A stretch of 64,000 nt of DNA, taken from the NCBI GenBank assembly GCA_044342325.1, contig JBIIPZ010000007.1, positions 1-64,000 on the forward strand, given 5' to 3'. Made by a program: the position numbers and the translations under genes. Positions 50,184-61,489 of this stretch are shown one piece after another (position 1 is the first letter of the stretch; each line of letters opens with the position of its first letter). The notes beneath the pieces were generated by a model, which was given only the letters and a program-made list of their open reading frames with translations, ran no database searches and was not told the DNA's origin. This DNA is from Terrimicrobiaceae bacterium. Its GTDB lineage: Bacteria; Verrucomicrobiota; Verrucomicrobiia; Chthoniobacterales; Terrimicrobiaceae.

Positions 50184-51435
50184 AGTCAGCGTTGTCATCG
50201 GCGCGATCACCGTGGCTCTGTCGCTGGTCTTGTTTGCCACCGGCCTTCCATCGCTCATCGATGGAGTGTTGTTGAAATCCCTCGAGATTCCCCAAGACGG
50301 ACGCCCCATCGCGGGCACCCCTTGGATCACATTCCTGATTTTTGCTTTTGGAATCGCCTGGGTCTGGATGGATCTCACGAACAGGAGTCTTAAAACGATC
50401 CTCTCAGCGGCATCCCTCGTGCTCCTTTGCACATGGGCTCCCGTGCTTTCTCTTCATGGAAAATTCTTCTCTCCCGTGCTTCCCGTTTTTGCAGTCCTTT
50501 GCAGCACCGCCCTCGCATTCGCTTGGGAGCAAACTCGCCACGGACAGCGCAATCAACTTCTCGAGCGCCTTTTCGGACTGCGCCTCCCCAAGGTGGCCTT
50601 TCAATCCATCCTCGCCTCGGATGCTACACCGGATTTCCCGGGCCGTGTCGTCAATGCCTCGGTCCTCGTCATCGCCGTTCAAAACCACGCCGAACTCATG
50701 GAGCTCCTTCCTCCCGAGAGCTACACCGCGATCACGAATCTGTATCTCAAAACCGCCTCCGATTATCTCGTCGAATCCGGTGCCTACCTCGACGAGTGCA
50801 ACGGCGAGTGCATACGCGTCGTTTTCGGTGCTCCGATTGGCGACCCTCGTCACGCCGTCCGTGCCTGCCGCGCCGCAGTGGATTTGGCCGCTCGCCTCGA
50901 TGAGCTGAACAAGGAATGCGACGCGAGATGGCAACGCCGACTCGATGTGCGCATGGGCCTCGATACGGGAGACATCATCGCCGGCGTTTTCGGCGGCGGT
51001 CGTCTGGGAAGCTACAGCGTGGCCGGTCCCGCCGTGGATTTTGCACGCCGCCTTTGCGCCGCCAGTTCCATGTATGGGGCCCGAATCCTCATTGGACCCG
51101 ATGCCTACACGCCCGCTTCAGAATCCGTCGAAGTGCGTCCGATTGAAATCTTGAAGGTGGCCGAAAAGCGCCGCCGTGTGGAAATTTACGAAATCCTCGC
51201 TCCCAAGCACTCACTCACGCCCGAGCGCGAGCGCAGCCGCGACCATTTCTGGACCGGCGTCCTCTACTACCGCGAAAAACAATGGGACAAGGCTGTCGAA
51301 GAATTCACCAAGGCCCGCATCACCGGTATTCCCGATGCTGCGTTGGATTTTTACCTCCGCCGCATCGAGCAGGCCCGCCGTCAAAATACCGACACCCACA
51401 AGGAATCCGTTCCGGCACTTTTCCATGCAGCCTGA
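50170..51435 (+). CDS. Membrane protein with degenerate class III adenylate/guanylate cyclase domain
   Basis: About four TM helices, VFGAP..HAVRAC, RMGLDTG, YSVAGPAV..ARRL, C-terminal TPR-like helices. Confidence 0.8.
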   Translation: MRNLKVSVVIGAITVALSLVLFATGLPSLIDGVLLKSLEIPQDGRPIAGTPWITFLIFAFGIAWVWMDLTNRSLKTILSAASLVLLCTWAPVLSLHGKFFSPVLPVFAVLCSTALAFAWEQTRHGQRNQLLERLFGLRLPKVAFQSILASDATPDFPGRVVNASVLVIAVQNHAELMELLPPESYTAITNLYLKTASDYLVESGAYLDECNGECIRVVFGAPIGDPRHAVRACRAAVDLAARLDELNKECDARWQRRLDVRMGLDTGDIIAGVFGGGRLGSYSVAGPAVDFARRLCAASSMYGARILIGPDAYTPASESVEVRPIEILKVAEKRRRVEIYEILAPKHSLTPERERSRDHFWTGVLYYREKQWDKAVEEFTKARITGIPDAALDFYLRRIEQARRQNTDTHKESVPALFHAA

Positions 51436-51901
51436 ATTTCCCCGTATCCTCACACCCGAGCAGGCCCACGAGGAACGCGACCGACTCCACGCTGAGGGAA
51501 AAAAGCTCGTCTTCACCAATGGATGTTTCGACATCCTGCACCGGGGTCATACCCAATATCTCGCCTTCGCGCGGGCACAAGGCGACGCCCTCGTCGTAGG
51601 GCTCAACAGCGACGCCTCCGTCCGCCGTGCTAAAGGCCCCACGCGACCCGTTAATGCCGAGCAGGATCGCGCCTTCGTCCTCGGTTCCCTCCGCGCCGTG
51701 GATTTCGTCGTCATTTTCGACGAAGACGAACCCCGCGACCTCATCTCCCAAATCCTCCCCGATGTCCTCGTGAAAGGTAAAGACTGGGCCCATTATGTGA
51801 GCGGTCGCGACATCGTCGAAGCCCACGGCGGCAAAGTCGTCCTCGCCGACATGGTCGAAGGAAAATCCACCACCGCTACCATCGAGCGCCTTCGCTCTTG
51901 A
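51425..51901 (+). CDS. D-glycero-beta-D-manno-heptose 1-phosphate adenylyltransferase (RfaE domain II)
   Basis: FTNGCFDILHRGH, GLNSDASV, LVKGKDW, STT. Confidence 0.92.
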   Translation: MQPEFPRILTPEQAHEERDRLHAEGKKLVFTNGCFDILHRGHTQYLAFARAQGDALVVGLNSDASVRRAKGPTRPVNAEQDRAFVLGSLRAVDFVVIFDEDEPRDLISQILPDVLVKGKDWAHYVSGRDIVEAHGGKVVLADMVEGKSTTATIERLRS

Positions 51902-52675
51902 TCAGAGTTTCCAAAACATCACGGCGGTGATGATGAGGCCAATGATGGCGATAAGTCGCCGGACAGCCTTCTGAGGGAGTCTCTGGGAGTAGGTCGAGGC
52001 GATGTAGTAGCCCGCAAACGCTCCCATGGTCATGAGACCCATTCGCGGCCAGTCGATCAATCCGCTCGCAGTGAACCAAGCGGCGGCGACGAGATTGATG
52101 AGGGACCCCAGCACGCTTTTGAGCGTGTTCATTTGGTGAATATTTTTGAACCCCATGAAACCAAGTGTCGCCAGCATGAGAATGCCGATGCCGGCACCGA
52201 AATAGCCCCCGTAAATGGAAACTAGAAACTGGAAGAAAAGCGCCGCGAGCAAGTGGGCGCGGCGACTTGTGGGGGAATCGGATGCATGGAGTTGGCTGCC
52301 CACCCGTCCGCTCACGACGCCCTGCAACATGAAAAGAACAGTCGCAAATAAAACCAAGTAGGGAACCAGTTCTGTGAACACCCGCTCGCTGCTGCGCGTC
52401 AGCAAGAGGCTGCCGATCCATCCCCCGGCGATGCTCACGGGAATGAATGTCGTGAACCAGGGTTTCACATCGGCAATGTGGTTTCGGTATCCGTAAAGAC
52501 TACCACCCATTCCGACCACGAGCGCAAGAGTGCTCGTGGCATTCGCGATCATTGGGGGAACTCCGAAAAGAATCAGCGTCGGAAAAGTAATGAGAGTCCC
52601 TCCGCCCGCGACGGCGTTGACTGCCCCCGCTGCACAAGCGGCAGTAAGGAGGGATACAATTTCGATCCAAGACAT
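51902..52675 (-). CDS. TauE/SafE family permease
   Basis: NAVAGGGTLITFP, YGGYFGAGIG; multi-TM. Confidence 0.9.
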   Translation of the reverse strand: MSWIEIVSLLTAACAAGAVNAVAGGGTLITFPTLILFGVPPMIANATSTLALVVGMGGSLYGYRNHIADVKPWFTTFIPVSIAGGWIGSLLLTRSSERVFTELVPYLVLFATVLFMLQGVVSGRVGSQLHASDSPTSRRAHLLAALFFQFLVSIYGGYFGAGIGILMLATLGFMGFKNIHQMNTLKSVLGSLINLVAAAWFTASGLIDWPRMGLMTMGAFAGYYIASTYSQRLPQKAVRRLIAIIGLIITAVMFWKL

Positions 52676-52769
52676 CGGAAACTTTTACTCCTTTATTTCA
52701 GCTCATGCGATTCGAATGTCCTGCTTGTTCAAATGTTGGAGCCCATCAAGTATCGTTCATACATTTCCC

Positions 52770-53225
52770 ATGAAAAAGTCGAAGATCATCGAAGTTGTTT
52801 TGGAGCACCTGAGGGGGGATTTCGAGCGTCGGCAGGCTGCGGCCAAGCGGACTCGCGAGCAGGGGAATGACGCTGAGAGTAAATCTGAGGGGAAATACGA
52901 CACGCGCTCCACAGAGGAGAATTACCTGGCGGATGGATTGGCTCGGCAGGCGCTCGAGGCGGCTGCCGCAGCCGAGGCGATTGAGAAAATGCCGATTCGG
53001 GATTTCGCGGCGGGTGAGGGGATCGATATTGGCGCTCTCGTCGAATTGGAATTTGCAAAGGAGACGGAATTTTTTCTCATCGCCACATCTGGAGGGGGAA
53101 CGGAGGTTGTCTGGAACAAGAAGACGATCGTCGTTTTGACGCCGGAGTCGCCATTGGGTTCCCAACTCATCGCTCGCCGTGTTGGCGAGCGGGTGGGGGA
53201 TGCGAAAATTAAGCGGGTCTTTTAG
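52770..53225 (+). CDS. GreA/GreB family protein
   Basis: EGKYDTR..E..YLA, GALVEL, TPESPLG. Confidence 0.8.
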   Translation: MKKSKIIEVVLEHLRGDFERRQAAAKRTREQGNDAESKSEGKYDTRSTEENYLADGLARQALEAAAAAEAIEKMPIRDFAAGEGIDIGALVELEFAKETEFFLIATSGGGTEVVWNKKTIVVLTPESPLGSQLIARRVGERVGDAKIKRVF

Positions 53226-54073
53226 GCGAGCAGAGAGTCGCAGAGGAGCATCAGTCGCCTACGCAACGGTCGGACCCGCTCGGCGAATTCCCTTTGGCAT
53301 TTCTCATACTGCGCCCGCCCTTCCGAGGTCTCGATGGGAACTGGGCTGTAGCCGTGAGAAGTCAGATCGTAGGGGCTGGCCCGCATATCGAGCTCCCGGA
53401 TGTCGCGGGCGAGTTCAAAGGTGTCCGCGATAAGTTCTGAGGGGCACCACGGCGCCAGTTTGAAAGCCCACTTGTATAAATCCATATTCGCATGGAGACA
53501 GCCCGGTTGCTCAAGGGTGGGGGATGATTCACGCGTCGGTTGCAGGCGGTTCAGCGGGCGCGCCTCTGGGGTGAAAAAACGAAAAGCGTCGTAATGCGAG
53601 CACCTCACAGGCAGGGAATCCACAACTTCCGCGACTTCGCTTGGCGACAGGCGAAGTGGCTGCGTCGCATAGCGAAGCTCGCCGGATTTGTAAACCATGG
53701 CCCATTCGTGGAGCCCATGGCATCCGAAGAAAGGAGCCCGGTTCGCCGTGCTCGCGAGAAATTGACCGAGCCACTGAACGAAGTGGCGCCGTTTCTCCGA
53801 AAGGGGCTCGACTGTTACCCCATGCCGCGTTGCGATGTAGCCGGGGACGCCAAGATAGAACTCCGCCTCGTCTCCCCGCAGCGCACATCCAAAGCCCGCA
53901 TGCCATCGCCGCAGTAGCGACGGGCGATTCGGATAATATTCGAAAAGAAAATCATCTACCGGATGTTTGAGCCCTTGCGAAGCACGTTGAAGCCGGGGAG
54001 TTACCCAAGGCTCCACCCGGCGCTCATGAGCAGTGCGCAGAGCTATCCACTCCGATGGCGAGAGGGTTTTCAC
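53222..54073 (-). CDS. Conserved protein often labelled 3-methyladenine DNA glycosylase (function uncertain)
   Basis: HPVDDFLFEYY, GCHGLHEWAMVY, CSHYDAFRFF, EQPGCLHANMDLYKW. Confidence 0.75.
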   Translation of the reverse strand: MKTLSPSEWIALRTAHERRVEPWVTPRLQRASQGLKHPVDDFLFEYYPNRPSLLRRWHAGFGCALRGDEAEFYLGVPGYIATRHGVTVEPLSEKRRHFVQWLGQFLASTANRAPFFGCHGLHEWAMVYKSGELRYATQPLRLSPSEVAEVVDSLPVRCSHYDAFRFFTPEARPLNRLQPTRESSPTLEQPGCLHANMDLYKWAFKLAPWCPSELIADTFELARDIRELDMRASPYDLTSHGYSPVPIETSEGRAQYEKCQREFAERVRPLRRRLMLLCDSLLA

Positions 54074-54104
54074 GCATCAATCCTCCGCGTGGAGGTTATA
54101 TGTC

Positions 54105-55376
54105 TCAGGCGATAGCTAGTCGTTTAGCCAAGAGTTTCTCAAGGTGCGCCCGCAGGTTTTCGTTCTCAATCCGTTCCAAAAGGGTGTTGAAAAAGCCGTT
54201 CACGATGAGGCGGCGTCCGGCGTCGCGCTTGATGCCGCGGGCCTGCATGTAGAAGAGTTCGTCTTGGCTTACGGGGCCGTTGGTGGCTCCGTGGCTGCAG
54301 CGGACTTCGTCGTTCAAGATTTCGAGGCCGGGCATGGAGTTGGGGTCGGCGTCATCGCTGAGGATGAGGTTTTTGACCTTTTGGTAGGCGTCTGTGCCCT
54401 TGGCGCCGGGTTCCACTTTGATAAGTCCGGCGAAGATGGTGCGGGACTTGTCGTCGAGGGCGTTGAGGTAGAGGAGGTCGCTGGTGGCGTGGGGCGCGAC
54501 ATGGTCTTGCAAGGTGCGTTGATCGATCTCGCGGGTTCCTTCGACGGGGTTGATGGAGAACATTTCACTGCGGGAGCCTTCGCCGATGAGGCGGCTGAGG
54601 CTTTCGCCGCGCACGAATCCACTACCAAAGTTTGCGATGAGGGCGGTGCAGGTCGCGTTGCGGTCCACCGAAGTGGAATTCAGGTGGAATGCGGTCGTCT
54701 CAAGGGACCAGTCTTGGACGGAGACGTAGGTAAGCTTGGCTCCGGCGGCGAGGTGGAGGTCGTTGACTCCGCAGGCGAAGGCAGGAAGCTTGTCGGCCGA
54801 CTTGAAGTAGTCGACGACGGTGACGCTGCTGTTCTCGCCGCAGACGATGAGCGTGTGTGGGAAGACGGAGGCGTTGGCACCTTCGACCCATTGGAAGATT
54901 TCGATGGGTAGTTGGACGCTTGTGTTGGCTGGCACGAAGAGGAATGCACCGCCCGCAACACGGCCTTTGTGGAGCGCGGCGTATTTGCGGGAGCCGAGTT
55001 CCACGGGCTGCGCCATGAAGTATTTTTTGAAGAGGTCAGCGTGCTTGGTAGCGGCTGTTTCGAGTGTTTCAAAAATGACTCCGGCGGGCAGTGAGGATTC
55101 GCGGTGGAGAAGGGTGTTGTTGCCGAGGACGAGCTTGGCGGCCGTTTCGGCGAGGCCGGTGGAAGCGTTGATCAGGCGGCCTTCGCTGGCGACGGGCTTG
55201 GCCTCGATGAACGAGGAAAGGTCGAGGGCCTTGAGGTTGGCGAACCGCCATGCTTCATCCTTGAGAGAAGGGGTGGGGGAGTTCTCGTATTCCGCGACGG
55301 CATGGGATTGTTCGGCGGCGAACCAGGCGGGCCATGCGCTTGTCGCGTTGGCGGGATTTTCAAGTGTGTTGCTCAT
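54105..55376 (-). CDS. sufD: Fe-S cluster assembly protein SufD
   Basis: EAWRF, PGLEILNDEVRCSHGAT, LFYMQARG; follows sufB. Confidence 0.93.
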   Translation of the reverse strand: MSNTLENPANATSAWPAWFAAEQSHAVAEYENSPTPSLKDEAWRFANLKALDLSSFIEAKPVASEGRLINASTGLAETAAKLVLGNNTLLHRESSLPAGVIFETLETAATKHADLFKKYFMAQPVELGSRKYAALHKGRVAGGAFLFVPANTSVQLPIEIFQWVEGANASVFPHTLIVCGENSSVTVVDYFKSADKLPAFACGVNDLHLAAGAKLTYVSVQDWSLETTAFHLNSTSVDRNATCTALIANFGSGFVRGESLSRLIGEGSRSEMFSINPVEGTREIDQRTLQDHVAPHATSDLLYLNALDDKSRTIFAGLIKVEPGAKGTDAYQKVKNLILSDDADPNSMPGLEILNDEVRCSHGATNGPVSQDELFYMQARGIKRDAGRRLIVNGFFNTLLERIENENLRAHLEKLLAKRLAIA

Positions 55377-55393
55377 TGTTTGCGTTTCCCGGG

Positions 55394-56800
55394 TCAACCG
55401 ACGGACCCTTCCATTTCCAAGTCGATGAGGCGCTTCAGCTCGACCGAGTATTCCATGGGGAATTGTTGAACCAGGTCGTTGACGAATCCATTCACCGCGA
55501 GACTCATTGCCGCGGCTTCGGAGATGCCGCGCTGCTGCATGTAGAAGATCTGCTCCGCGCTGATCTTGCTGACCGAGGCTTCATGCTGGCAGGCGTTTTC
55601 CTTCCCGCGCACTGTGATGGCGGGGTAGGTGTCCGTGCGGCTCTCGGTGTTGATGAGAAGGGCGTCGCACTCGGTGTTGTTTTTGCAGCCTTTCAGATGG
55701 CGACCGATCTGCACAAGGCCGCGGTAGGTCGAGCGTCCTGAGCCGAGGCTGATGCTCTTGGACACGATGTTGCTCGTAGTTTCATCTGCGGCATGCACCA
55801 TCTTCGCACCGGTGTCTTGATGCTGTCCATCACCAGCGAGAGCGATCGAGATCACTTCTCCGCGTGCCTTGCGGCCTTTCATAATCACACCTGGATATTT
55901 CATCGTCAGGCGGGAGCCGATATTGCAATCGATCCACTTGATTTCAGCTTCCTCGTGGGCGAGGCCGCGTTTGGTGACGAGATTGAAAACATTCGCCGAC
56001 CAGTTTTGGACCGTGATGTATTGGATTTTTGCGCCCTTGAGGGCGACGAGTTCCACGACGGCGCTGTGGAGTGTGGAGGTCTCGAATTTCGGGGCCGTGC
56101 AGCCCTCCATATACATGACCTCGCTGCCTTCATCAGCAATGATGAGTGTGCGTTCGAACTGACCGAAGTTTTCGGCATTGATGCGGAAGTAGGCCTGCAG
56201 CGGGTGTTTCACCTTCACTCCTGGTGGGATGTAGATGAACGATCCGCCTGAAAAGACGGCGCTGTTGAGCGCAGAGAATTTGTTGTCACCCGTGGGGATG
56301 ACTTTTCCAAACCACTTCTTGAAAATCTCGGGGTGTTTATGGAGTCCCTCGGTGGAACCCACAAAAATGACGCCCTGCTCGCCGACGGCAGCCTTGATGT
56401 TTGAGTAGGCGGCCTCGCTGTCGAATTGGGCCTCGACGCCGGCCAGAAATTTCCGCTCCTGCTCGGGGATGCCGAGCCGCTCGAAGGTGCGCTTCACATC
56501 CTCAGGGACATCGTCCCAGGAACGCTTGGGTTGGGTTCCCTGCGAGAGGTAGTAGCGGATGTTTTCAAAAACGATGTTGTCCAGGTCATGGCTTGCCCAG
56601 TTGGTGGGCATGGGCATGGAGTTGAATTTGCGAAGGGCTTCCTTGCGGAATTCACGGATCCAGTCGGGGTCTTTTTTGACATCGCAAATGTAGTCGATGG
56701 TTTTTTCCGAAAGGCCGATGCCGGCGTCGAATTCGTAATCGACATCGTAGTGGAAGTCACCGACCGAGCGGTCGATGTTGAGATCAGGTTTGGTTTCCAT
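55394..56800 (-). CDS. sufB: Fe-S cluster assembly protein SufB
   Basis: [37 protein letters not shown]. Confidence 0.97.
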   Translation of the reverse strand: METKPDLNIDRSVGDFHYDVDYEFDAGIGLSEKTIDYICDVKKDPDWIREFRKEALRKFNSMPMPTNWASHDLDNIVFENIRYYLSQGTQPKRSWDDVPEDVKRTFERLGIPEQERKFLAGVEAQFDSEAAYSNIKAAVGEQGVIFVGSTEGLHKHPEIFKKWFGKVIPTGDNKFSALNSAVFSGGSFIYIPPGVKVKHPLQAYFRINAENFGQFERTLIIADEGSEVMYMEGCTAPKFETSTLHSAVVELVALKGAKIQYITVQNWSANVFNLVTKRGLAHEEAEIKWIDCNIGSRLTMKYPGVIMKGRKARGEVISIALAGDGQHQDTGAKMVHAADETTSNIVSKSISLGSGRSTYRGLVQIGRHLKGCKNNTECDALLINTESRTDTYPAITVRGKENACQHEASVSKISAEQIFYMQQRGISEAAAMSLAVNGFVNDLVQQFPMEYSVELKRLIDLEMEGSVG

Positions 56801-56821
56801 GGTTTTGTCCTCCGGAGAAAA

Positions 56822-57580
56822 TTAGGCTTTTTGGAGCAGTTCTTTTTCGACCCAGTCGTAGCCCTCGGCTTCGAGTTTGTGGGCAAGTGTCTTGTCGCCG
56901 CTCATTACGATGCGGCCATCCACCATCACATGCACAACATCCGGCACGATGTAGTCGAGCAGGCGCTGGTAGTGGGTAATGACAAGAAGTCCGCGCTCGG
57001 GGCTGCGCATGGCGTTCACTCCCTCGGAGACAATGCGCAGGGCGTCGATGTCGAGTCCGCTGTCCGTTTCATCCAGCACGGCATAGACGGGGTTGAGCAT
57101 CGCCATTTGAAGAACCTCGCAGCGTTTCTTTTCGCCGCCGGAGAAACCTTCGTTGACCGCGCGGGATGTGAATTTGCGGTCGATCTTGAGCATGTCCATT
57201 TTCTCGTAGAGGTGGTGGTAATACTCCACGGCATCGAGTTCCTCGCCTTCTGGCAGACGGGCCTGAAGTGCGGCGCGGATGAAATTTGCAATCGTCACGC
57301 CGGGGATTTCCATCGGGTATTGGAAGGCGACAAAGAGCCCCGCCCGTGCGCGCTGGTCGGGTTCCTCCATTTCAAAGAGATTGAGCCCGTCGAGCAGAAC
57401 CTGGCCGCCTGTGACCTCGTAATCGGGATGGCCGGCCATCACTTTGGCGAGCGTGGATTTGCCAGAGCCGTTTTTACCCATGATGGCGTGGACTTCGCCC
57501 TTCGGGATTTCGAGGTTGAGTCCTTTGAGGATTTCGCGGTCTCCGATTTTTGCGTGAAGGTTTTCGATTTTGAGGCTCAT
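56822..57580 (-). CDS. sufC: Fe-S cluster assembly ATPase SufC
   Basis: [40 protein letters not shown]. Confidence 0.97.
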   Translation of the reverse strand: MSLKIENLHAKIGDREILKGLNLEIPKGEVHAIMGKNGSGKSTLAKVMAGHPDYEVTGGQVLLDGLNLFEMEEPDQRARAGLFVAFQYPMEIPGVTIANFIRAALQARLPEGEELDAVEYYHHLYEKMDMLKIDRKFTSRAVNEGFSGGEKKRCEVLQMAMLNPVYAVLDETDSGLDIDALRIVSEGVNAMRSPERGLLVITHYQRLLDYIVPDVVHVMVDGRIVMSGDKTLAHKLEAEGYDWVEKELLQKA

Positions 57581-58020
57581 GATTTGGTGTGTGTGGTTTT
57601 TTTGCAGGCCGGGCAGGTGCCTCGGAGAGTGATTTCGGAATGGTTAATGATAAAGCCCGAGGGGACTTTGAGAAACTGGGTGAGTGACCCGCCTTTGGTA
57701 ACCGGGATATCGGAAACGATGCCGCAGGAATTACAAACGAAGTGGCCGTGTTCGGAGAGGTTTGGGCAGTAGCGGGTGGCCTCGCGTTCGACATTCACCT
57801 GTTTGGCGAGACCGCACTCCACCAGGGTTTCAAGGCAGTTGTAGACCGTCGCCAGCGAAATGGTGGGAACGCGTTTCTTGGCTCTCAGGAAAACCTCGGT
57901 GGCCGTGGGGTGGTCACGGTCCGCGAGAAGCACATTGTAAACCTCGCGCCGCTGCGGGGTGAGGCGATGGCCGTTGTGGCTGATCGTTTCTTCGTAGGCG
58001 GGTTGGGTGGTCTTGTTCAC
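57577..58020 (-). CDS. Fur family regulator (PerR-like)
   Basis: [33 protein letters not shown]. Confidence 0.92.
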   Translation of the reverse strand: MNKTTQPAYEETISHNGHRLTPQRREVYNVLLADRDHPTATEVFLRAKKRVPTISLATVYNCLETLVECGLAKQVNVEREATRYCPNLSEHGHFVCNSCGIVSDIPVTKGGSLTQFLKVPSGFIINHSEITLRGTCPACKKTTHTKS

Positions 58021-58057
58021 AGAAAGCAGGAATACATAGCCGCGCCAAATGGCTAAT

Positions 58058-58072
58058 CAAGAATTATTCTAA
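58058..58072 (-). promoter_or_regulatory. Putative Per/Fur box TTAGAATAATTCTTG
   Basis: Palindromic core AGAATnATTCT about 40 nt upstream of the Fur-family gene; resembles TTATAATnATTATAA. Confidence 0.6.
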
Positions 58073-58081
58073 TTAAGGGTG

Positions 58082-58111
58082 ATCGGACGGATTAGACTGA
58101 TCGGACTGATC
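58082..58111. repeat. 9-bp-period triple repeat ATCGGACGG-ATTAGACTG-ATCGGACTG-ATC
   Basis: Read directly in the clpX-fur intergenic region. Confidence 0.55.
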
Positions 58112-58130
58112 AAGCAGCAGGCGGGGAAGC

Positions 58131-59399
58131 TTAGGCGGCGTCTTTCTCCTGCTTGCGCCGGAGGACTGGGGCTTTTTTGCCTTCGACAACGGCTCGGTTG
58201 ATTGTGACCTCCGAGATGTCTTCACGGCTTGGGCAATCAAACATGACATCGAGCATGATACGTTCGATCATCGAGCGCAGGGCGCGGGCTCCAGTGCCTT
58301 TGCGGATGGCTTCGGCGGCGAGGGCGCGCAGGCCATCCTTCGTCATGTTGAGCGTGACGCCATCCATGCCGAGAAGCTTCGCGTATTGTTTGGTCATCGC
58401 GTTTTTCGGCTCGGTAAGAACGGATACCAACTGCTCTTCGTTGAGCTCCTCGAGGGTTGCCACGACGGGGAGGCGTCCGATGAACTCTGGGATAAGGCCA
58501 AAGCTGATGAGGTCTTCCGGTTCCACCATCTTGAGGGTTTCGGAGCGGTTGGACTCGTTCGTAGCTGATCCAATCGGGGCATTGAATCCCATGGTGCGTC
58601 CGCCGAGTCGGCGTTGGATGATTTTTTCGAGACCCACGAAGGCACCGCCGCAGATGAAAAGAATCTTCTCGGTGTTGACCTGAATGTATTCCTGCTGCGG
58701 ATGCTTACGACCGCCTTGGGGTGGGACATTGCAAACGGCGGCTTCGAGAATTTTGAGAAGGGCTTGCTGAACGCCTTCGCCTGAGACATCGCGAGTGATG
58801 CTCACATTGTCGGTTTTGCGTCCGATCTTATCGATTTCGTCGATGTAGATGATGCCCATCTCACAGCGCTTCACATCGAAGTCCGCGCTTTGGAGGAGGC
58901 GGAGAATGATGTTTTCGACATCCTCTCCCACATAGCCAGCCTCGGTGATGGATGTGGCATCCGCAATGGCGAACGGCACATCAAGCACCTGCGCCAATGT
59001 TCGGGCGAGGAGGGTCTTACCAGAACCGGTGGGACCGAGGAGAAGGATATTGCTCTTCTCGATCTGCACATCGTTGAGGTGATCCATCTCCAGCAAGCCT
59101 GTCGAAGTCTGTGTGAGGCGCTTGTAGTGGTTGTGAACAGCAACGGAAAGCACCCTCTTAGCGGTGTCTTGTCCGATAACATGCTGGTCTAGGAGTTTCT
59201 TAATCTCGACGGGCTTGGGAACTCGGAGGGAAGGCTTGCTTTTGCGCGAGTCGTCTTTGAGCTCTTTTTCCAAGATTCCCCTGCAAATGGTGATGCAGCT
59301 GTCGCAAATGTAAACGCCGGGGCCGGCGATGAGTTTGCGAACTTCGGCTTGGCTCTTTCCGCAGAAAGAGCACATGGTGAGATTGTTCGGGCGCGCCAT
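58131..59399 (-). CDS. clpX: ATP-dependent Clp protease ATP-binding subunit ClpX
   Basis: CSFCGK zinc domain, [23 protein letters not shown]. Confidence 0.98.
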   Translation of the reverse strand: MARPNNLTMCSFCGKSQAEVRKLIAGPGVYICDSCITICRGILEKELKDDSRKSKPSLRVPKPVEIKKLLDQHVIGQDTAKRVLSVAVHNHYKRLTQTSTGLLEMDHLNDVQIEKSNILLLGPTGSGKTLLARTLAQVLDVPFAIADATSITEAGYVGEDVENIILRLLQSADFDVKRCEMGIIYIDEIDKIGRKTDNVSITRDVSGEGVQQALLKILEAAVCNVPPQGGRKHPQQEYIQVNTEKILFICGGAFVGLEKIIQRRLGGRTMGFNAPIGSATNESNRSETLKMVEPEDLISFGLIPEFIGRLPVVATLEELNEEQLVSVLTEPKNAMTKQYAKLLGMDGVTLNMTKDGLRALAAEAIRKGTGARALRSMIERIMLDVMFDCPSREDISEVTINRAVVEGKKAPVLRRKQEKDAA

Positions 59400-59410
59400 T
59401 GAGAGTGGGA

Positions 59411-60031
59411 CTACTCGGCGGCTTTTACGGTTTCAACAATGTCTTTGATGTCCTTGCGGGACTTCACGACTTCATCCACGAGACCATAGGCTTTAGCCTC
59501 ATCGGCGGTCATGTAGTTGTCGCGGTCGGCATCGCGCTCGATCTGCTCGACGGTTTGGCCTGTGTGGTGTGAGAGAAGGCGATTCAGGCGCTTTTTCAGC
59601 TTGAACATGAACTCGACTTGGCGCTCCACATCACTGGCTTGGCCTTTGGCGCCGCCGGAGACTTGGTGGATCATGATGTCGGAGTTCGGGAGCGCGTAGC
59701 GTTTGCCCTTGGTTCCCGCGCAGAGCAAAACCGCACCCATGCTGGCTGCGAGGCCCATGCAGTAGGTGTTCACATCGCAGGTCACGAATTGCATTGTATC
59801 GTAAATCGCGAGGCCGGCAGTTACGGAACCACCAGGCGAGTTGATGTAGATGTTAATGTCTTTTTTCGCGTCTTCCATTTGAAGGAAAAGAAGTTGTGCG
59901 ATGACAAGGTTCGCTACTGTGTCGTCAATCGGAGTTCCGATGAAGATGATGCGATCCTTGAGGAGGCGGGAGTAGATATCGTAGCTGCGTTCACCGCGGC
60001 CAGTTTGTTCGACGACGATTGGGACTAACAT
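59411..60031 (-). CDS. clpP: Clp protease proteolytic subunit
   Basis: [25 protein letters not shown]. Confidence 0.98.
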   Translation of the reverse strand: MLVPIVVEQTGRGERSYDIYSRLLKDRIIFIGTPIDDTVANLVIAQLLFLQMEDAKKDINIYINSPGGSVTAGLAIYDTMQFVTCDVNTYCMGLAASMGAVLLCAGTKGKRYALPNSDIMIHQVSGGAKGQASDVERQVEFMFKLKKRLNRLLSHHTGQTVEQIERDADRDNYMTADEAKAYGLVDEVVKSRKDIKDIVETVKAAE

Positions 60032-60045
60032 AGTGTGAGATCGGT

Positions 60046-61371
60046 TTAGGCCGCTTGCGGGGCGGCAGGTTCTGTGACGGTAGCACCGGAGGCAATCAAA
60101 TCAAGTGCCTTGGTGATGCGAATCTGATCGCGCAGACGGTTGACGCCTCCGCTGCGGGCGAGTTCGCCGGCGAGTTTTTTGACAGGCATCTGCTGGCGTT
60201 CCGCCATTTGAAGGATGGCTTGATAAACTTCGGCATCGGTCTCTTCGATTTTTTCCTCATCCGCTATACGGGTGAGGAGGAAATTTGAGCGCACGCGGTT
60301 GCTTGCGGTCTGTGAGGCGTTTTGAACAATTTCCTCGGTGTGGGCTTTGATCTCCTCGTCGGAAATGCCCCGGGCCTGTGATTCTCCGACGATATCTTTG
60401 AGAATATATGATGTCTCGCTGGCAACAAGGCGTTCGGGAAGTTCGCAGGTGAAGAGGCTGAGCAGCTTTTCAACGACGGCGTTCTTTTTCGCCATCTCAA
60501 ATTGATACTCGGCGGATTCCTCTTGGCGCTCGCGGATTTTTTTGCGGAGTCCTTCGAGTGTCTGGCCTGGTTCGATCTTGGCAGCCAGTTCGTCGTCCAA
60601 TGGAGCGGGAGTGCGGGTGTTGATCGCGTGGAGTGTGACGGCATAGGTCACTTTGCGGTTGCGGAGTTCTTCGAGCGGGAAGTTTTCTGGCACGTCGAGT
60701 GTGAGAGTGCGTTCTTGGGCGATTTCCATTCCCTCGATGCCTTTTGCAAAGCCGGGGATCAAGGTTCCCTCGTCCATCAGAACCCACGCGTTGCGGCGTC
60801 CTTGGATTTGTGCGGGGGCCTTGGGAGCGATCTTGGCGATCGGTTCGCCATCCACCGTGCCCTCATAGGTCACAACCGCATAGTCGCCCATTGCGAGGGG
60901 ACGGTCTGTGACGGGTTCAAATTTCGAGTGGGGATCGCGGAGGTATTCCAGAAGCCCTTCGACGTCCTCATCGGTCACGGTTTTCTTGGCGACTTCAACA
61001 GCGATGTTTTTGTAGTCTGGGAGTTCGAAATCCGGGGTCTGAATAACCGTGGCCAGGATTTTCATGGACTTGTCAGCGGCGATTTCCGCCTTCTCCACAC
61101 TATCGACGGCGTGGATTTTGATATTTTTTGTTTTAACGGCTTCGCGAATCGCTTCGCCGACGAGCTTGGTTTTCACCTCTTCTTCGATGTCCTTGGCATA
61201 ACGCGAGGCAATCAACGAAGCGGGTGCTTTGCCAGGACGATAGCCGGGCAGGCGGGCTTGTTTTTGAAATTCCTTGGAAATGGTGTTCCATTCCGCGCTG
61301 ACCCGGTCCGACGGAAGGTCGATTTCCAAGGCCACAACACAATTCTTTTGATAATCCAGAGCGACATTCAT
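60046..61371 (-). CDS. tig: Trigger factor
   Basis: PGYRPGKAP ribosome-binding motif, FKBP domain LIPGF; tig-clpP-clpX order. Confidence 0.95.
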   Translation of the reverse strand: MNVALDYQKNCVVALEIDLPSDRVSAEWNTISKEFQKQARLPGYRPGKAPASLIASRYAKDIEEEVKTKLVGEAIREAVKTKNIKIHAVDSVEKAEIAADKSMKILATVIQTPDFELPDYKNIAVEVAKKTVTDEDVEGLLEYLRDPHSKFEPVTDRPLAMGDYAVVTYEGTVDGEPIAKIAPKAPAQIQGRRNAWVLMDEGTLIPGFAKGIEGMEIAQERTLTLDVPENFPLEELRNRKVTYAVTLHAINTRTPAPLDDELAAKIEPGQTLEGLRKKIRERQEESAEYQFEMAKKNAVVEKLLSLFTCELPERLVASETSYILKDIVGESQARGISDEEIKAHTEEIVQNASQTASNRVRSNFLLTRIADEEKIEETDAEVYQAILQMAERQQMPVKKLAGELARSGGVNRLRDQIRITKALDLIASGATVTEPAAPQAA

Positions 61372-61489
61372 GATGAGCCCGCCAGCAAAGCAGAATCATG
61401 CGAGGTGGGCAATCGATGTCTGAAAGAAAATGCGGTCTTTGAAACGCCCGCCTCGTCAATGAGCCGCAGGCGGGTATCTTGCATCTCTC

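Noticed and set aside
51176..51424. N-terminal extension of the RfaE-II ORF
   Set aside because: Overlaps the cyclase-like gene; ATG at 51425 gives a normal-length protein
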